The position numbers and the translations under genes were made by a program. Below the pieces are notes generated by a model, which searched no databases, was not told where the DNA came from, and worked only from the letters and a program-made list of their open reading frames with translations. Shown here in pieces: positions 17,725 to 27,629 of a stretch of DNA of 64,000 nt (the stretch's first letter is position 1; every line of letters begins with the position of its first letter). The stretch is from a virus, in the IMG/VR virus record IMGVR_UViG_3300033150_001135, positions 1 through 64,000 of that record; one strand, 5' to 3'.

Positions 17725-20562
17725 ATGGGAGTAGTTACGAGTCTTTTTGAGAATGGGAAGTATTTGAGAAGAGATATAGTAGGATGTACTTTCTACGACC
17801 AAGGTGATCCTGTTAAGTTGGAACCAGGGCAGTTTGTTACGAATAGAGAAATAAGTAGACTTAACATACCGTCTCATTATTTTGTACATCCTGATAGTCT
17901 TCGTATACAAGGCGCTTTTGAGTTTGCGAAGAAAAAGAAAGGAAAGTTTTCAGTAGGAATAATACGGTATCGTCAAGGAAGGGGTGATGTTATTCTAGCA
18001 ACTGTTCTTGCTAAAGCATTAAAAAGTAAGTATGGAAACGATGTATCTGTTTGGTATTTAGTACTTCCTGAACATAAGGAACTACTGCTACATAATCCAT
18101 ACATTGATCGTATTTTTACTGAGAAATCTTCTTTTAAAGCAGCAAAGCCAGATATTGAATTTAGTACTAATGACTTGGATTTTAAAGTTGAGAGGAAAGA
18201 GTTTGAAAAGAATGATAAAGTATTGAGGAACCGTACCTCTATCTATTTGGAAAATATTGGTCTTTCGTTGCAGGACAAAACTCCTGTGTATACGGTTACT
18301 AGTAACGAGAGACGGTGGGCTAAGAAGGAGTTATCTAAGTTGGGGTACTCTTTAGAAGAACCTATTGTAGGAGTACAAATATATAGTGCCAGTCCTTCGA
18401 GGACTTATCCTAAAATGAAGCAGGTGGTGAAAAAACTAAAAGAAACCTACCAGGTTTTAGTGTTGGATGAAAAAGAAGAAGATAGCTGGAAATATACTAT
18501 AAGAGAAAGTGTTGCTTTGTTGGAACAAATGGATGTATTAGTAAGTTCGAATAGTTTCTTCTTTCATATAATGGGAGCGTTACGAAAGAAGGGGGTTGTT
18601 TTATTTGGTTCTGTTGATGGTAGGATATGGACACAAGACTACGAGAAAATAGTACCGGTTGAGATACCTTGTCCAGATGGTGGGGAGAAATGTTGGTGGA
18701 ATCTTCGGTGTTTGCCTGGTGATAGTTATGAAGAAAAGCAAGCTAGTGGTACTCCTAAATGTCTTAGTAATATAGAAGTTGATCAAGTAGTAGAAGAAGT
18801 CCAAAAACGTCTTTCGGTTAAGAAAGTTTTAGTGGTTGTTTTAACTTACAACCTTCTTGATCTTACAAAGAAAGCTATTAGTTCTATACGAAGCTCTTAC
18901 GACTACGATATCTTAGTAATTGATAATGATAGTATTGACGGTACACAGGACTGGTTGAGAAAGAGAGGGATAGAATGTATCTCATACAAATGTACTATTC
19001 CAGAGGCATGGAATCGAGGTATGAAAGAAGCGTATGAAAGAGGTTACGATTACTGTATGCTTTGTAACAATGATATTGTTTTGGCAGATAACTATATAGA
19101 TACTGTTATAGAAACAGCAGAAAGAAGACAGGCGTATGCGGTTACTGGTAACGTTATTTCAAAAGGGCACTTGACTAAAGCTAGGACTTTTGATTTTTCT
19201 CACTTCTTCATTGATGTAGAAAGTTATGTTACTATACAGAAAGCGGGAGACTACTCAGCTTTACTGCTTTCTAGAGAATGTATAGAAAAAATTGGACGGT
19301 TTGATGAAAGATTTGGTCCTCGTTACCAAGCGGATGAAGATCATCTACTTAGACTACGGTTAGCAGGAAGAGCACCTGTAAAAACTTACAATACTTGTTT
19401 TCTTCATCTACTTGGACAAGTCGTTGAATTCGATGCTGAAGCAAAAAAGAATCATCAAAAGGATTGGGATCGTAATGTTCGTTTGTTTAGAAAGCTTTGG
19501 GGTATTGACCCTTATACTGAGAGAGGAAAATTAAAAACATTGGATGTCGTAAAGCGGCGAAATAAAGGATGGAAGGATAGGATTCGTTTACCTATCGATG
19601 GTAAACCATACAAACTGTATACGGAGAATAGTATACCAACTCTTGTAGAGGTGTTTAAGGAAACTATAAAAAAGAAAAAGAAAGTATCAGTATGTATATT
19701 GAGAAGAATGGGGGGGTACGGAGATATCCTTTTCATTACTGTAATTGCTAGGGCATTGAAAGGCAGGTTTGGTAGTAGTATAATACTTAGTTACAGCGTT
19801 CCAGAGCAGTTTGTACCTCTTCTCCAAGGAAACAGATTCATAGATAATATAGTACCAGAAAAAAATGTGGAAAGGGTTGGATACGACCATATTATTGATG
19901 TTACAGATTATGCTTACCGTAAGGAACTTAGAGAGATAGAGGAGTTGGGGGAAGTTAAGTCTTGTAGAACGAAGTTATATTTAGATATGTTAGGTATTGA
20001 AAAAGGTACATTAAAGCCGGACTATTTTGTAGACCCCCAGGAGATAAAGTGGGCTGAGGAAAGGTGGAAGTTTGCAGATGGTAGAAAAAAACTTGTAATA
20101 GTTTGGAGAGGAAGTAACCTTATGAAAGTGTGGCCGTATATGGGAACTTTGGTTAACAAACTTAGGCAGTCAACAGATTATGCAATTACTATACTAGGGA
20201 ACCCAGAAAATAATAACTTTAAGTATACATTTAGAGAGGCTGCTGCTATCGTATCACAAGCCGATCTAGTTGTTTCACCAGATACGGGACTTTCTAACTT
20301 AGCGGGTTCTTTGAATGTACCTGTACTTACTATTTTCGGTAACCGTAATGGTAAGGTTTTTGCTAAAATGTTTGATACTATGATTCCTATACAAGGTAGT
20401 TGTCCCATGCTAAGAAAGAACTACTGTGACTTTAGTGCTCCGTGTAGACCGGGTATTTTAAGACAGTATAGGAGGAAGGAGAATATAGCTATTCCCGATT
20501 GTTTGAGGAATCTTTCCGTTGACGAAGTTTATACAAGAATTAAGGAGACTATAAAAGAATGA
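17725..20562 (+). CDS. Triple-domain glycosyltransferase GT9-GT2-GT9
   Basis: GRGDVIL..SSNSFFFH; VVLTYN..IDNDSIDGT..CNNDI..DEDH; GGYGDIL..SPDTGLSNLA. Confidence 0.85.
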   Translation: MGVVTSLFENGKYLRRDIVGCTFYDQGDPVKLEPGQFVTNREISRLNIPSHYFVHPDSLRIQGAFEFAKKKKGKFSVGIIRYRQGRGDVILATVLAKALKSKYGNDVSVWYLVLPEHKELLLHNPYIDRIFTEKSSFKAAKPDIEFSTNDLDFKVERKEFEKNDKVLRNRTSIYLENIGLSLQDKTPVYTVTSNERRWAKKELSKLGYSLEEPIVGVQIYSASPSRTYPKMKQVVKKLKETYQVLVLDEKEEDSWKYTIRESVALLEQMDVLVSSNSFFFHIMGALRKKGVVLFGSVDGRIWTQDYEKIVPVEIPCPDGGEKCWWNLRCLPGDSYEEKQASGTPKCLSNIEVDQVVEEVQKRLSVKKVLVVVLTYNLLDLTKKAISSIRSSYDYDILVIDNDSIDGTQDWLRKRGIECISYKCTIPEAWNRGMKEAYERGYDYCMLCNNDIVLADNYIDTVIETAERRQAYAVTGNVISKGHLTKARTFDFSHFFIDVESYVTIQKAGDYSALLLSRECIEKIGRFDERFGPRYQADEDHLLRLRLAGRAPVKTYNTCFLHLLGQVVEFDAEAKKNHQKDWDRNVRLFRKLWGIDPYTERGKLKTLDVVKRRNKGWKDRIRLPIDGKPYKLYTENSIPTLVEVFKETIKKKKKVSVCILRRMGGYGDILFITVIARALKGRFGSSIILSYSVPEQFVPLLQGNRFIDNIVPEKNVERVGYDHIIDVTDYAYRKELREIEELGEVKSCRTKLYLDMLGIEKGTLKPDYFVDPQEIKWAEERWKFADGRKKLVIVWRGSNLMKVWPYMGTLVNKLRQSTDYAITILGNPENNNFKYTFREAAAIVSQADLVVSPDTGLSNLAGSLNVPVLTIFGNRNGKVFAKMFDTMIPIQGSCPMLRKNYCDFSAPCRPGILRQYRRKENIAIPDCLRNLSVDEVYTRIKETIKE

Positions 20563-21065
20563 CACGAGTAGAGCAATTACTACTAAATTGTCCAGATATT
20601 TTATGTTACAATACTTTACTGTATGTTGGAGCAAGGGATAGAAAACAAATGGTAAAGTATTTTGTGGCAGCTGGGTATGATATAACAATACTTGAAATTT
20701 GGCCTCCAAATGTTAGAAAACTAAAGAAGCAAGGATGGAATGTTATTGAAGGGGATGTTCGTAAGTTAGATGAATATTTCGTAAACAAATTTGACGTAGT
20801 AATGTGGTGGCATGGTCCGGAGCACTTACAGAAGGATGAGTTATCGGATGCTTTGATGAAATGTTATAAAACGTCTAATATAATGTCTGTTGTGGCGTGT
20901 CCTTGGGGGGTGTACAAACAAGGTGTGGTAGCGGGAAACCCTTATGAACGTCACCTATCTTACTTATATCCTGAATTTTTTCACGAGCTAGGTTGGAATA
21001 CGGACACTATTGGAACAAAGGATTGTGAAGGATCTAACTTGTTAGCGTGGAAGGTTGTGGAGTAA
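20559..21065 (+). CDS. Class I SAM-dependent methyltransferase
   Basis: LLYVGA, LEIW, IEGDV, HGPEHL. Confidence 0.7.
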   Translation: MTRVEQLLLNCPDILCYNTLLYVGARDRKQMVKYFVAAGYDITILEIWPPNVRKLKKQGWNVIEGDVRKLDEYFVNKFDVVMWWHGPEHLQKDELSDALMKCYKTSNIMSVVACPWGVYKQGVVAGNPYERHLSYLYPEFFHELGWNTDTIGTKDCEGSNLLAWKVVE

Positions 21066-21883
21066 TGGTGTACATTGGGATGATAGTCCATAACGAGGAA
21101 TGGATAGTAGAATATGCCTTGAAAAGTACATACGAGTTTGTGGACAAGATTATTGTTGTTGATGGGTCTCCCACGGGACCATCAACAGATCGTACAGTAG
21201 AAATTGTAAAGTCTATAGGACCAAAAATTAAAGTAATACAAGGAACTTACAAAAATAAACTTTTTCAGAGACAAGCATACATTGACGAAATGGAGAAAGG
21301 ATACGACCACTGGTGTATTCTCCAGGATGCTGATGAAGTATATAAGAAATCTGACATAAAGAGACTGGTTAACTATTTGCATACAGCTAGTAATAGAACT
21401 AAACTATTTAGTTGGCAATGGATTCATTTTTATGGTGATTGTTGGCATATACTTCGTGGAGATTCTTGGGATAGACCTCGGGATGTAGGGGCGTTTCGAC
21501 TAGTTCCTGGAATTAAGCAGTTGAAACATCACTGGGTTGGTAGAGAAAAAGATAGTAAGGAAGGTAGAAAAACTGGCTTTTCTGGTTTGAAATTTCCTGA
21601 AAGAATAATTTTGAAGGACGTTTGTTTTTTTCATTACACAGGGTGTGATCCTTTTGAGCATTTTGTAGAGAAACGTAAGTTATACTTTCATCGTGATCGT
21701 GAAATGCGGAACCGTAATGGTAAGGAATATAGTAAAGAAGATTGGGGCAGTTACTATGTTGAAGTTGTATTACCTGAATGGGAGAATAGAAAAATTCCTC
21801 AGGCATTGGGTTCTAAGGTGGAGAAGTTTGCTGGAACCCATCCGGAAGTGATGAAATCGTTTATAGAAAGGAACGTGAAGTAA
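21065..21883 (+). CDS. Glycosyltransferase family 2
   Basis: IVHNEE, VVDGS...STDRT, QDADE (DxD), FHY. Confidence 0.85.
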   Translation: MVYIGMIVHNEEWIVEYALKSTYEFVDKIIVVDGSPTGPSTDRTVEIVKSIGPKIKVIQGTYKNKLFQRQAYIDEMEKGYDHWCILQDADEVYKKSDIKRLVNYLHTASNRTKLFSWQWIHFYGDCWHILRGDSWDRPRDVGAFRLVPGIKQLKHHWVGREKDSKEGRKTGFSGLKFPERIILKDVCFFHYTGCDPFEHFVEKRKLYFHRDREMRNRNGKEYSKEDWGSYYVEVVLPEWENRKIPQALGSKVEKFAGTHPEVMKSFIERNVK

Positions 21884-22588
21884 ATGATTACGTCGGAACG
21901 ACGAAAGTTTATATTTAAGCATACTCCTCGTACGGCGGGTAAGACAATTATATATGCATTGAGAAACTATATTGATTTCTATAAGGGTGGGCATTCCTCT
22001 CTTCCCTCTGTAATTAGTGGTATGAAAGATGTTTATAAGATAGATAAGAATGGGGGAACGATTGGTAAAGGTAAAGATGGAGTGTTTACTAAGTTGATGG
22101 GGTTACGTGGAACTAAGTTAGATTATTGGAAACTGTCTGACGATATAAGTAACTACTTTGTTTTTACGTTTGTTAGAAATCCTTTTGTTCGGTTGGTATC
22201 TGGGTTTTTTCATAGAAAAAATAATGGAAATTTTGGAAAGTATGAGTTTAGTAAGAAGGGGTTTAAAAGACTGATTCAAGACCAATTTGAAGGTAGGCGA
22301 CCCGTTATTCCTCAACTTTGCCCTCTTGTAGATGAAGAAAACAAGTTGTTGTGTGATTTCGTTGGTAAGTATGAAAGGTTACAAAGTGACTTTGACTTAG
22401 TATGTGATCAGTTAGGTATTCAAAGAATTAAGTTGGAGGAGGTTATTGATTATCTTAACCCTAGTATTAGAGATAGAAGAGAATATGGAAACTACAAAGA
22501 CTACTACGATCAAGAAACTATAAAAATGGTGCAGAAGATGTATGAGAAGGATTTTGAAGTGTTTGGTTATGATAAGGAGCTACAGTGA
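21884..22588 (+). CDS. Sulfotransferase family 2 (carbohydrate sulfotransferase-like)
   Basis: HTPRTAGKTI (5'-PSB), FVRNPF.RLVS (3'-PB), DFVGKYERL, YEKDFEVFGY. Confidence 0.85.
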   Translation: MITSERRKFIFKHTPRTAGKTIIYALRNYIDFYKGGHSSLPSVISGMKDVYKIDKNGGTIGKGKDGVFTKLMGLRGTKLDYWKLSDDISNYFVFTFVRNPFVRLVSGFFHRKNNGNFGKYEFSKKGFKRLIQDQFEGRRPVIPQLCPLVDEENKLLCDFVGKYERLQSDFDLVCDQLGIQRIKLEEVIDYLNPSIRDRREYGNYKDYYDQETIKMVQKMYEKDFEVFGYDKELQ

Positions 22589-22603
22589 GTGATGTAGAAT
22601 TAC

Positions 22604-23348
22604 TTGTTGGCAATGCTTCAAGAAAGGAAACTACGAAGAATGATACATGGTAAGTACGTATTAAAGTCAACCGATATAATGCTAGGAAGCTATCCTAGGT
22701 CAGGAAACACTTGGCTCCGGCATCTTATAACATTGGTTAGGTATCCTGGTAAGAACATTGAGAAAGAGGATCTTGTGAATAGAACTGTTCCTGACCTTCA
22801 CTCTCCTATTACTACTGAAGAAATGGTGGATACATTAACTAACCCTAGAGTGTTTAAAACTTCTCTACAGAGATCCCCGTGACGTGGCGATTTCATACTT
22901 TCATTTCAATAAAAAATTGAACAAATATAGTGGTACCTTTAATACTTGGTTAAGGATGTTTCTTAATTCTTACTTTCCTTTTTTTCCTATGGTTAATTGG
23001 AGACAACATACAGAGTCATGGTTGAAAGGTAAGGAAAGAAATATTAATAGTATTTTAGTTGTTAAGTATGAGGATATGGTTGCAAACATATACGATACAG
23101 TAGCTGAAGTATGTAAATTTATAGGGTTGCAGGCTGATAAGCAGGTTGTAGTGGAAGCTATAAAAGGTTCTAGTTTTGAAAGAATTAATAGAATATATAG
23201 TAGATCGAATCGTCTTACCTGGGTTGGTATTCGAGGAGGTCCTGGTCAGTGGAAAGAAACATTAACAGACCCCCAGAATGATGAATTTTGGAAACGGTGG
23301 GGGAATTTTATGTCTCAACTTGGTTATAAGAAAGAAAGAAATTCGTAA
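22604..23348 (+). pseudogene. Sulfotransferase family 1, frameshifted by an internal deletion
   Basis: SYPRSGNTW in frame A; LYRDPRDVAISYFHF in the +1 frame from about 22865; the segment normally carrying the catalytic His after KT is missing. Confidence 0.75.
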
Positions 23349-24031
23349 TGGTAATGACTAACTATAAACCTAGAGAAGTCAGATCAAATAAAGATTTTTT
23401 CGACTCTAACTACTGGGAAAAGTACTGGAAAGACCGGTTTAATGTTACACCGAGTTTAGACAACAAAGTAGCTAATAGAGAAAGTAACAAGAAACTGAAT
23501 TACTTGAAAAGGTATGTATTTCCAGTAGAAAATGCTTTGGATGTAGGATGTGGATACGGGTTCTTAGTTAACAAGTTAAGAGAGGAGAAAGTAGATGCGT
23601 ATGGGATAGATGTTTCTACAGCTGCTGTTGCTCGTAGTCCCGTTAAGAAATTTCTAAAGGTAATGGATGTGAAAAGTAACGATAGTAATAAGTTTGAATT
23701 GGTTACCTGCTTCGATCTTCTTGAACATCTTTTTATTGAAGAAATTTTTAAGGCAGTAAAACAGATTAATAGGGTGGCTAGTAAGTATATTCTTATTCGT
23801 CTTCCGGTTCTAGCGTGGAACGATGATCGTGATGTAAATGACTTTTCGTATAAAAGTTTAGATAAGTCACATGTTTCTATTTATCCTCAAGAGTTTTGGG
23901 TAAGAAGGTTTTGTGAATTAAAAAAGTTTGATTGGTGTTTTTCTCACTTGTGGAATTCTAAAGGTGGGGGAAACGATGGATGTGAAGCTTGGATAACTTT
24001 TAAAAGGATTAGTGATGGAACTAAGAAATAA
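23348..24031 (+). CDS. Class I SAM-dependent methyltransferase
   Basis: LDVGCGYG, GIDVS, FDLLEHL. Confidence 0.85.
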   Translation: MVMTNYKPREVRSNKDFFDSNYWEKYWKDRFNVTPSLDNKVANRESNKKLNYLKRYVFPVENALDVGCGYGFLVNKLREEKVDAYGIDVSTAAVARSPVKKFLKVMDVKSNDSNKFELVTCFDLLEHLFIEEIFKAVKQINRVASKYILIRLPVLAWNDDRDVNDFSYKSLDKSHVSIYPQEFWVRRFCELKKFDWCFSHLWNSKGGGNDGCEAWITFKRISDGTKK

Positions 24032-24956
24032 GAAAATACTAGTTACTGGTGCCTTTGGGTTCTTAGGTACACAGGTAATGAAAGTACTATCAAGAAAAGG
24101 ATGTAAAGAATACGTTGGAGTAGGAAGTGACTATGATCTTAGAAACGAAGACATTACAAACTCTATAATTGCTGGTCAGGATGTTGTAATACATCTTGCT
24201 GCTAACTGTGGTGGTATAGGGTGGAACAGGAGGTATCCTGGATCCTTATTCTACGATAATATGAAGATGGGTATGAATGTAATAGAAGCTTGTAGAAAGA
24301 ATAAAGTTCAAAAACTACTGATTACTGGTACAGTATGTTCGTACCCTAAATATACTAGAGTTCCTTTTAGTGAGGAAGCTTTATGGACTGGATATCCAGA
24401 AGAAACAAATGCTCCGTATGGGATATCCAAGAAAGCGTTGCTTGTCATGGCTAACTCGTACAGAGACCAGTATGGATTAAATATTATATTTCTACTGCCC
24501 TCGAATCTTTATGGAGTTGGAGATCCTGGGTTTTTTAATGAGAAGAAAGCACATGTAATTCCTGCAATAACTAGAAAAGTTTTTGATGCTAAAGTTACTA
24601 GTAGAAGTGAGATAACGTTGTGGGGGGATGGTACCCCTACAAGAGAATTTCTTAACGTTAAGGATTGTGCTGAAGCTATTTATCTAGCTTTAAAGAACTA
24701 TAATGGAGCAGCTCCAGTTAACGTAGGTACTGGAGAAGAAATTTCTGTAAAGGATTTAGCTTCGAAAATAAGTGGGTTGGTAGGTTATGCTGGAAGGATA
24801 CGTTGGGATACAAGCAAACCGAACGGACAGCCACAAAGAAAACTTGCAGTAGATAAGGCGAAACAGTTGTTTGGATTTGAGTCCCAGGTATCTTTCGACC
24901 AAGGATTGAAGGAAACTATAAACTGGTATACTAAAGAGAGAAATACAAATGGCTGA
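24012..24956 (+). CDS. fcl: GDP-L-fucose synthase (Fcl/WcaG family)
   Basis: TGAFGFLG, HLAANCGGI, GTVCSYPK, PYGISKK, HVIPA, WGDGTPTREF, KPNGQPQR. Confidence 0.9.
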   Translation: MMELRNKKILVTGAFGFLGTQVMKVLSRKGCKEYVGVGSDYDLRNEDITNSIIAGQDVVIHLAANCGGIGWNRRYPGSLFYDNMKMGMNVIEACRKNKVQKLLITGTVCSYPKYTRVPFSEEALWTGYPEETNAPYGISKKALLVMANSYRDQYGLNIIFLLPSNLYGVGDPGFFNEKKAHVIPAITRKVFDAKVTSRSEITLWGDGTPTREFLNVKDCAEAIYLALKNYNGAAPVNVGTGEEISVKDLASKISGLVGYAGRIRWDTSKPNGQPQRKLAVDKAKQLFGFESQVSFDQGLKETINWYTKERNTNG

Positions 24957-25203
24957 AACTTTAGGAAGTCTTGTGGATAAGTTAACCATTGTTAATCTAA
25001 AGATTTGGAATAAAGAGGTAGTAGCCCATAATAACGACTTAGATGATCATACAGTAGCAGAGGCAAAACGGGCAATAAATGTACTAAATAACCAAAGAAG
25101 TGAGCTAAAAGCGGAAATTGATCAGTTGTTTTATGAAGTGACTAGGGGGGAGAGGAACCCTCCAAAGGTTTGGTATGAGTTTAAAGACTATAAAAAGAAA
25201 TGA
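24949..25203 (+). CDS. DUF4254-like helical protein
   Basis: ETLGSLVDKLTIVNLKIW...LNNQRSELKAEID. Confidence 0.6.
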   Translation: MAETLGSLVDKLTIVNLKIWNKEVVAHNNDLDDHTVAEAKRAINVLNNQRSELKAEIDQLFYEVTRGERNPPKVWYEFKDYKKK

Positions 25204-25355
25204 GAATACGAAAAAGAGTTATCCGGAACAACAGTTCAGTAGACAAGTATATCGTTGATGCTTTTGGGGAAATTCATACTATATATCCTAAGAAATCAAA
25301 GCGAATTAGAATGATTGAGAATGAAGGCGAGAAAGGAGGAGGTACAAAGATATGA
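25200..25355 (+). CDS. 51-aa hypothetical protein
   Basis: Read by hand (MRIRKRVIRNNSSVDKYIVDAFGEIHTIYPKK...); ATGA overlaps at both ends. Confidence 0.5.
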   Translation: MRIRKRVIRNNSSVDKYIVDAFGEIHTIYPKKSKRIRMIENEGEKGGGTKI

Positions 25356-26038
25356 CAGAAGTACAGTTAATTAGTTATGTTCGTTCTAAGTGTGGGGGAA
25401 TTACAAGTAATATGGGTGAACTTGATGATACTGATATAACTAGTAATGCTAGTTGGATACTACAGAAACTTGAGGAACGAATAACCGTAAGAAAGATAAA
25501 ATCAATTACTTCAGTTAAGAACCAAAGAGAATATGATGTATCATCTAGTACGCTACGGGTACAGGAAATACTTCCTTGGGATGCATGCGCAGAGAAGGAA
25601 AGTATGGTGTTAGGTGGGTATGAAACTAGTGAAATAGATGCGAATGAGAACTATAATTTTCCATCACTATGGAAGATTAGAATGATGAAACGTATGCGAG
25701 GTCTCGCAAACATAACTTGTGACTTTGATCCTATAAATAGAAAGATTCGTATTGATCCGGCACCTGATGAAGGGGGGAAGAAGTATTGGTATGTGTCGAT
25801 AGAGAAGTCACAGTGGACTTTAGAAAAAGTACCTCCTGATTTCGAAGACATGGTAGTAACTGGGGTAAGTTGGCGATGTTTGAATAAGATAGCTTTGAAA
25901 CGAAGCCGTCTTGGGGGGATACAACGTTCGGGAGGAATGGTTGACTATCCGGAGGCACGGTTAGAGTCGTTTATTGAACGATGGAAAAAAGAATTTTTCG
26001 ACGAACTTAACATAAAGGCAAAACTGTATAGTAGGTAA
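25352..26038 (+). CDS. Head-tail adaptor/neck protein
   Basis: Position and size; KIRIDPAP...VPPDFEDMV pattern. Confidence 0.55.
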   Translation: MTEVQLISYVRSKCGGITSNMGELDDTDITSNASWILQKLEERITVRKIKSITSVKNQREYDVSSSTLRVQEILPWDACAEKESMVLGGYETSEIDANENYNFPSLWKIRMMKRMRGLANITCDFDPINRKIRIDPAPDEGGKKYWYVSIEKSQWTLEKVPPDFEDMVVTGVSWRCLNKIALKRSRLGGIQRSGGMVDYPEARLESFIERWKKEFFDELNIKAKLYSR

Positions 26039-26040
26039 AT

Positions 26041-26529
26041 ATGTTAGATTTGAAAGTTTCTGTTGATTCATCCGTAATGTTTCGACGTTTAGGGTCAATT
26101 AATAATAGAATTATTCCTTACGTAGGGATTAGTTTCAAGAAATTCGTTGAATTAGCAGAAGCGAAGATAGTAGCCTATACTCCTAGAACTCAAGAAGGAA
26201 GAACTGATATAAAGAAGTTATGGAGAGTTACGCATTCTAGGAAAGGACGTGTAGAGAGTTTTATAATTCATAACATTTACCCTAAGAAAGAAGTTCTTAT
26301 TTTCATTGAAGAAGGAACTCGTCCACATACTATATTTCCAGTGCGTACGAAAGCATTACATTTTTATTGGAGAGGTTCAGAAGTATTTACTAAACGAGTA
26401 GACCATCCAGGAACGGAAGGGGCAGAAATGGTTGGGCGTACAGAAAAGGAACTTAATAGTATGGTGAATTTTTACATCAACGACACAGAGAGGCAAATAG
26501 ATAAGTTGTGGAAGGAAGGACTTAGATAA
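26041..26529 (+). CDS. Neck/tail-completion protein, HK97 gp10-like
   Basis: FIEEGTRPH.I.P...KAL.F...VFTKRVDHPGT. Confidence 0.7.
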   Translation: MLDLKVSVDSSVMFRRLGSINNRIIPYVGISFKKFVELAEAKIVAYTPRTQEGRTDIKKLWRVTHSRKGRVESFIIHNIYPKKEVLIFIEEGTRPHTIFPVRTKALHFYWRGSEVFTKRVDHPGTEGAEMVGRTEKELNSMVNFYINDTERQIDKLWKEGLR

Positions 26530-26954
26530 TGGCTTATACAAAAAGTACTAAAGAGGCTATACTAGATAATCTTGCTACTGCTATTAGTGGAATATCTGGT
26601 ATAGGGTTTGTAGACTATCAGAGAGTTTACAATTCTTCGATAACTCAAGATAAGTATCCCGGGGTGTTCATAAATGATATACGAACTGATAAAGTTCGGT
26701 TATTGAAAGATATTGTAAAGAATTTGTTTTCTGTGGAACTTGTTTGTTGGGTTTGGGCGTCAGATACACAGGATCTTGGTACTGAAATGAATAGTTTTAT
26801 GGAGAAAGTAAAAAGTGCAGTCCTTAACGATATTACTAGAGGTGGAAATGCTTTCAATACTAAACTAACTATTGTTGAGACGGATGCAGGAAGTAGACAT
26901 CCTCAAGGGCTTTTTGTATGCGCAGTAGAGATAACCTTTTTTAGTAGTAATTAA
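26529..26954 (+). CDS. Tail terminator-like protein 1
   Basis: 141 aa; ILDNLATAI..YPGVFI..; position before the tube gene. Confidence 0.5.
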   Translation: MAYTKSTKEAILDNLATAISGISGIGFVDYQRVYNSSITQDKYPGVFINDIRTDKVRLLKDIVKNLFSVELVCWVWASDTQDLGTEMNSFMEKVKSAVLNDITRGGNAFNTKLTIVETDAGSRHPQGLFVCAVEITFFSSN

Positions 26955-26963
26955 GGAGGCGGT

Positions 26964-27395
26964 ATGTCACAGAATAGAAGAGACCTTTTAGCAGAGCTTA
27001 AAACTGTATTAGAAGAAATTTCGGAAGTAAAAACTGTAAGAAGAAGCTATACCGATGTTGATGTTTCCGCGTATTACTTAGAAAACGAGCTACCGTTGAT
27101 AGTAATAAAAGAGCCTGCTGAAGATGTGAATGAGGATCTTACGAGTCAAAGAGACATGATGAATCTTGACCTGAAGCTACAAGTTTACTTTGTGACTTGG
27201 GAAAATGAACCTAGTTCCACCTACGAAACTTTGGTAAAGGTTATACGGAATAAGATTGGCAACAACTTTAATCTAAACAATAAAGCGACAGGTATGTGGA
27301 TTAATACTATTTCCACAATAAGTGGTGAGTTACCAGTGTATTGGTTTGAGATAGGACTACTTGCACGGTATTACCTGAATGAGAAATCAACTTAA
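26964..27395 (+). CDS. Tail terminator-like protein 2
   Basis: 143 aa; LLAELKTVL..LPLIVI; similar layout to the preceding gene. Confidence 0.5.
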   Translation: MSQNRRDLLAELKTVLEEISEVKTVRRSYTDVDVSAYYLENELPLIVIKEPAEDVNEDLTSQRDMMNLDLKLQVYFVTWENEPSSTYETLVKVIRNKIGNNFNLNNKATGMWINTISTISGELPVYWFEIGLLARYYLNEKST

Positions 27396-27417
27396 AAAGT
27401 ATGGAGGTAAAAGAAAC

Positions 27418-27615
27418 ATGGTAAGAAGAAGAGGAAAAAGAAAGTACAAGTATCTTGCTACATATGTTGGTAAGAATAAGAATATTAAATACTCGGGAGT
27501 AGGAAGAGTTATTCCTGGGGAAACTTACGAAGTAAGTGAAAGCATAGCTAAAACTTTTTCACATGATCCTAACTGGAGTGTTAAGAAGACTTATAGTTAT
27601 GTTTACGACGAATAA
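27418..27615 (+). CDS. Small basic hypothetical protein
   Basis: GGAGG RBS before the ATG at 27418. Confidence 0.45.
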   Translation: MVRRRGKRKYKYLATYVGKNKNIKYSGVGRVIPGETYEVSESIAKTFSHDPNWSVKKTYSYVYDE

Positions 27616-27629
27616 AAGGAGAGTAGAAA

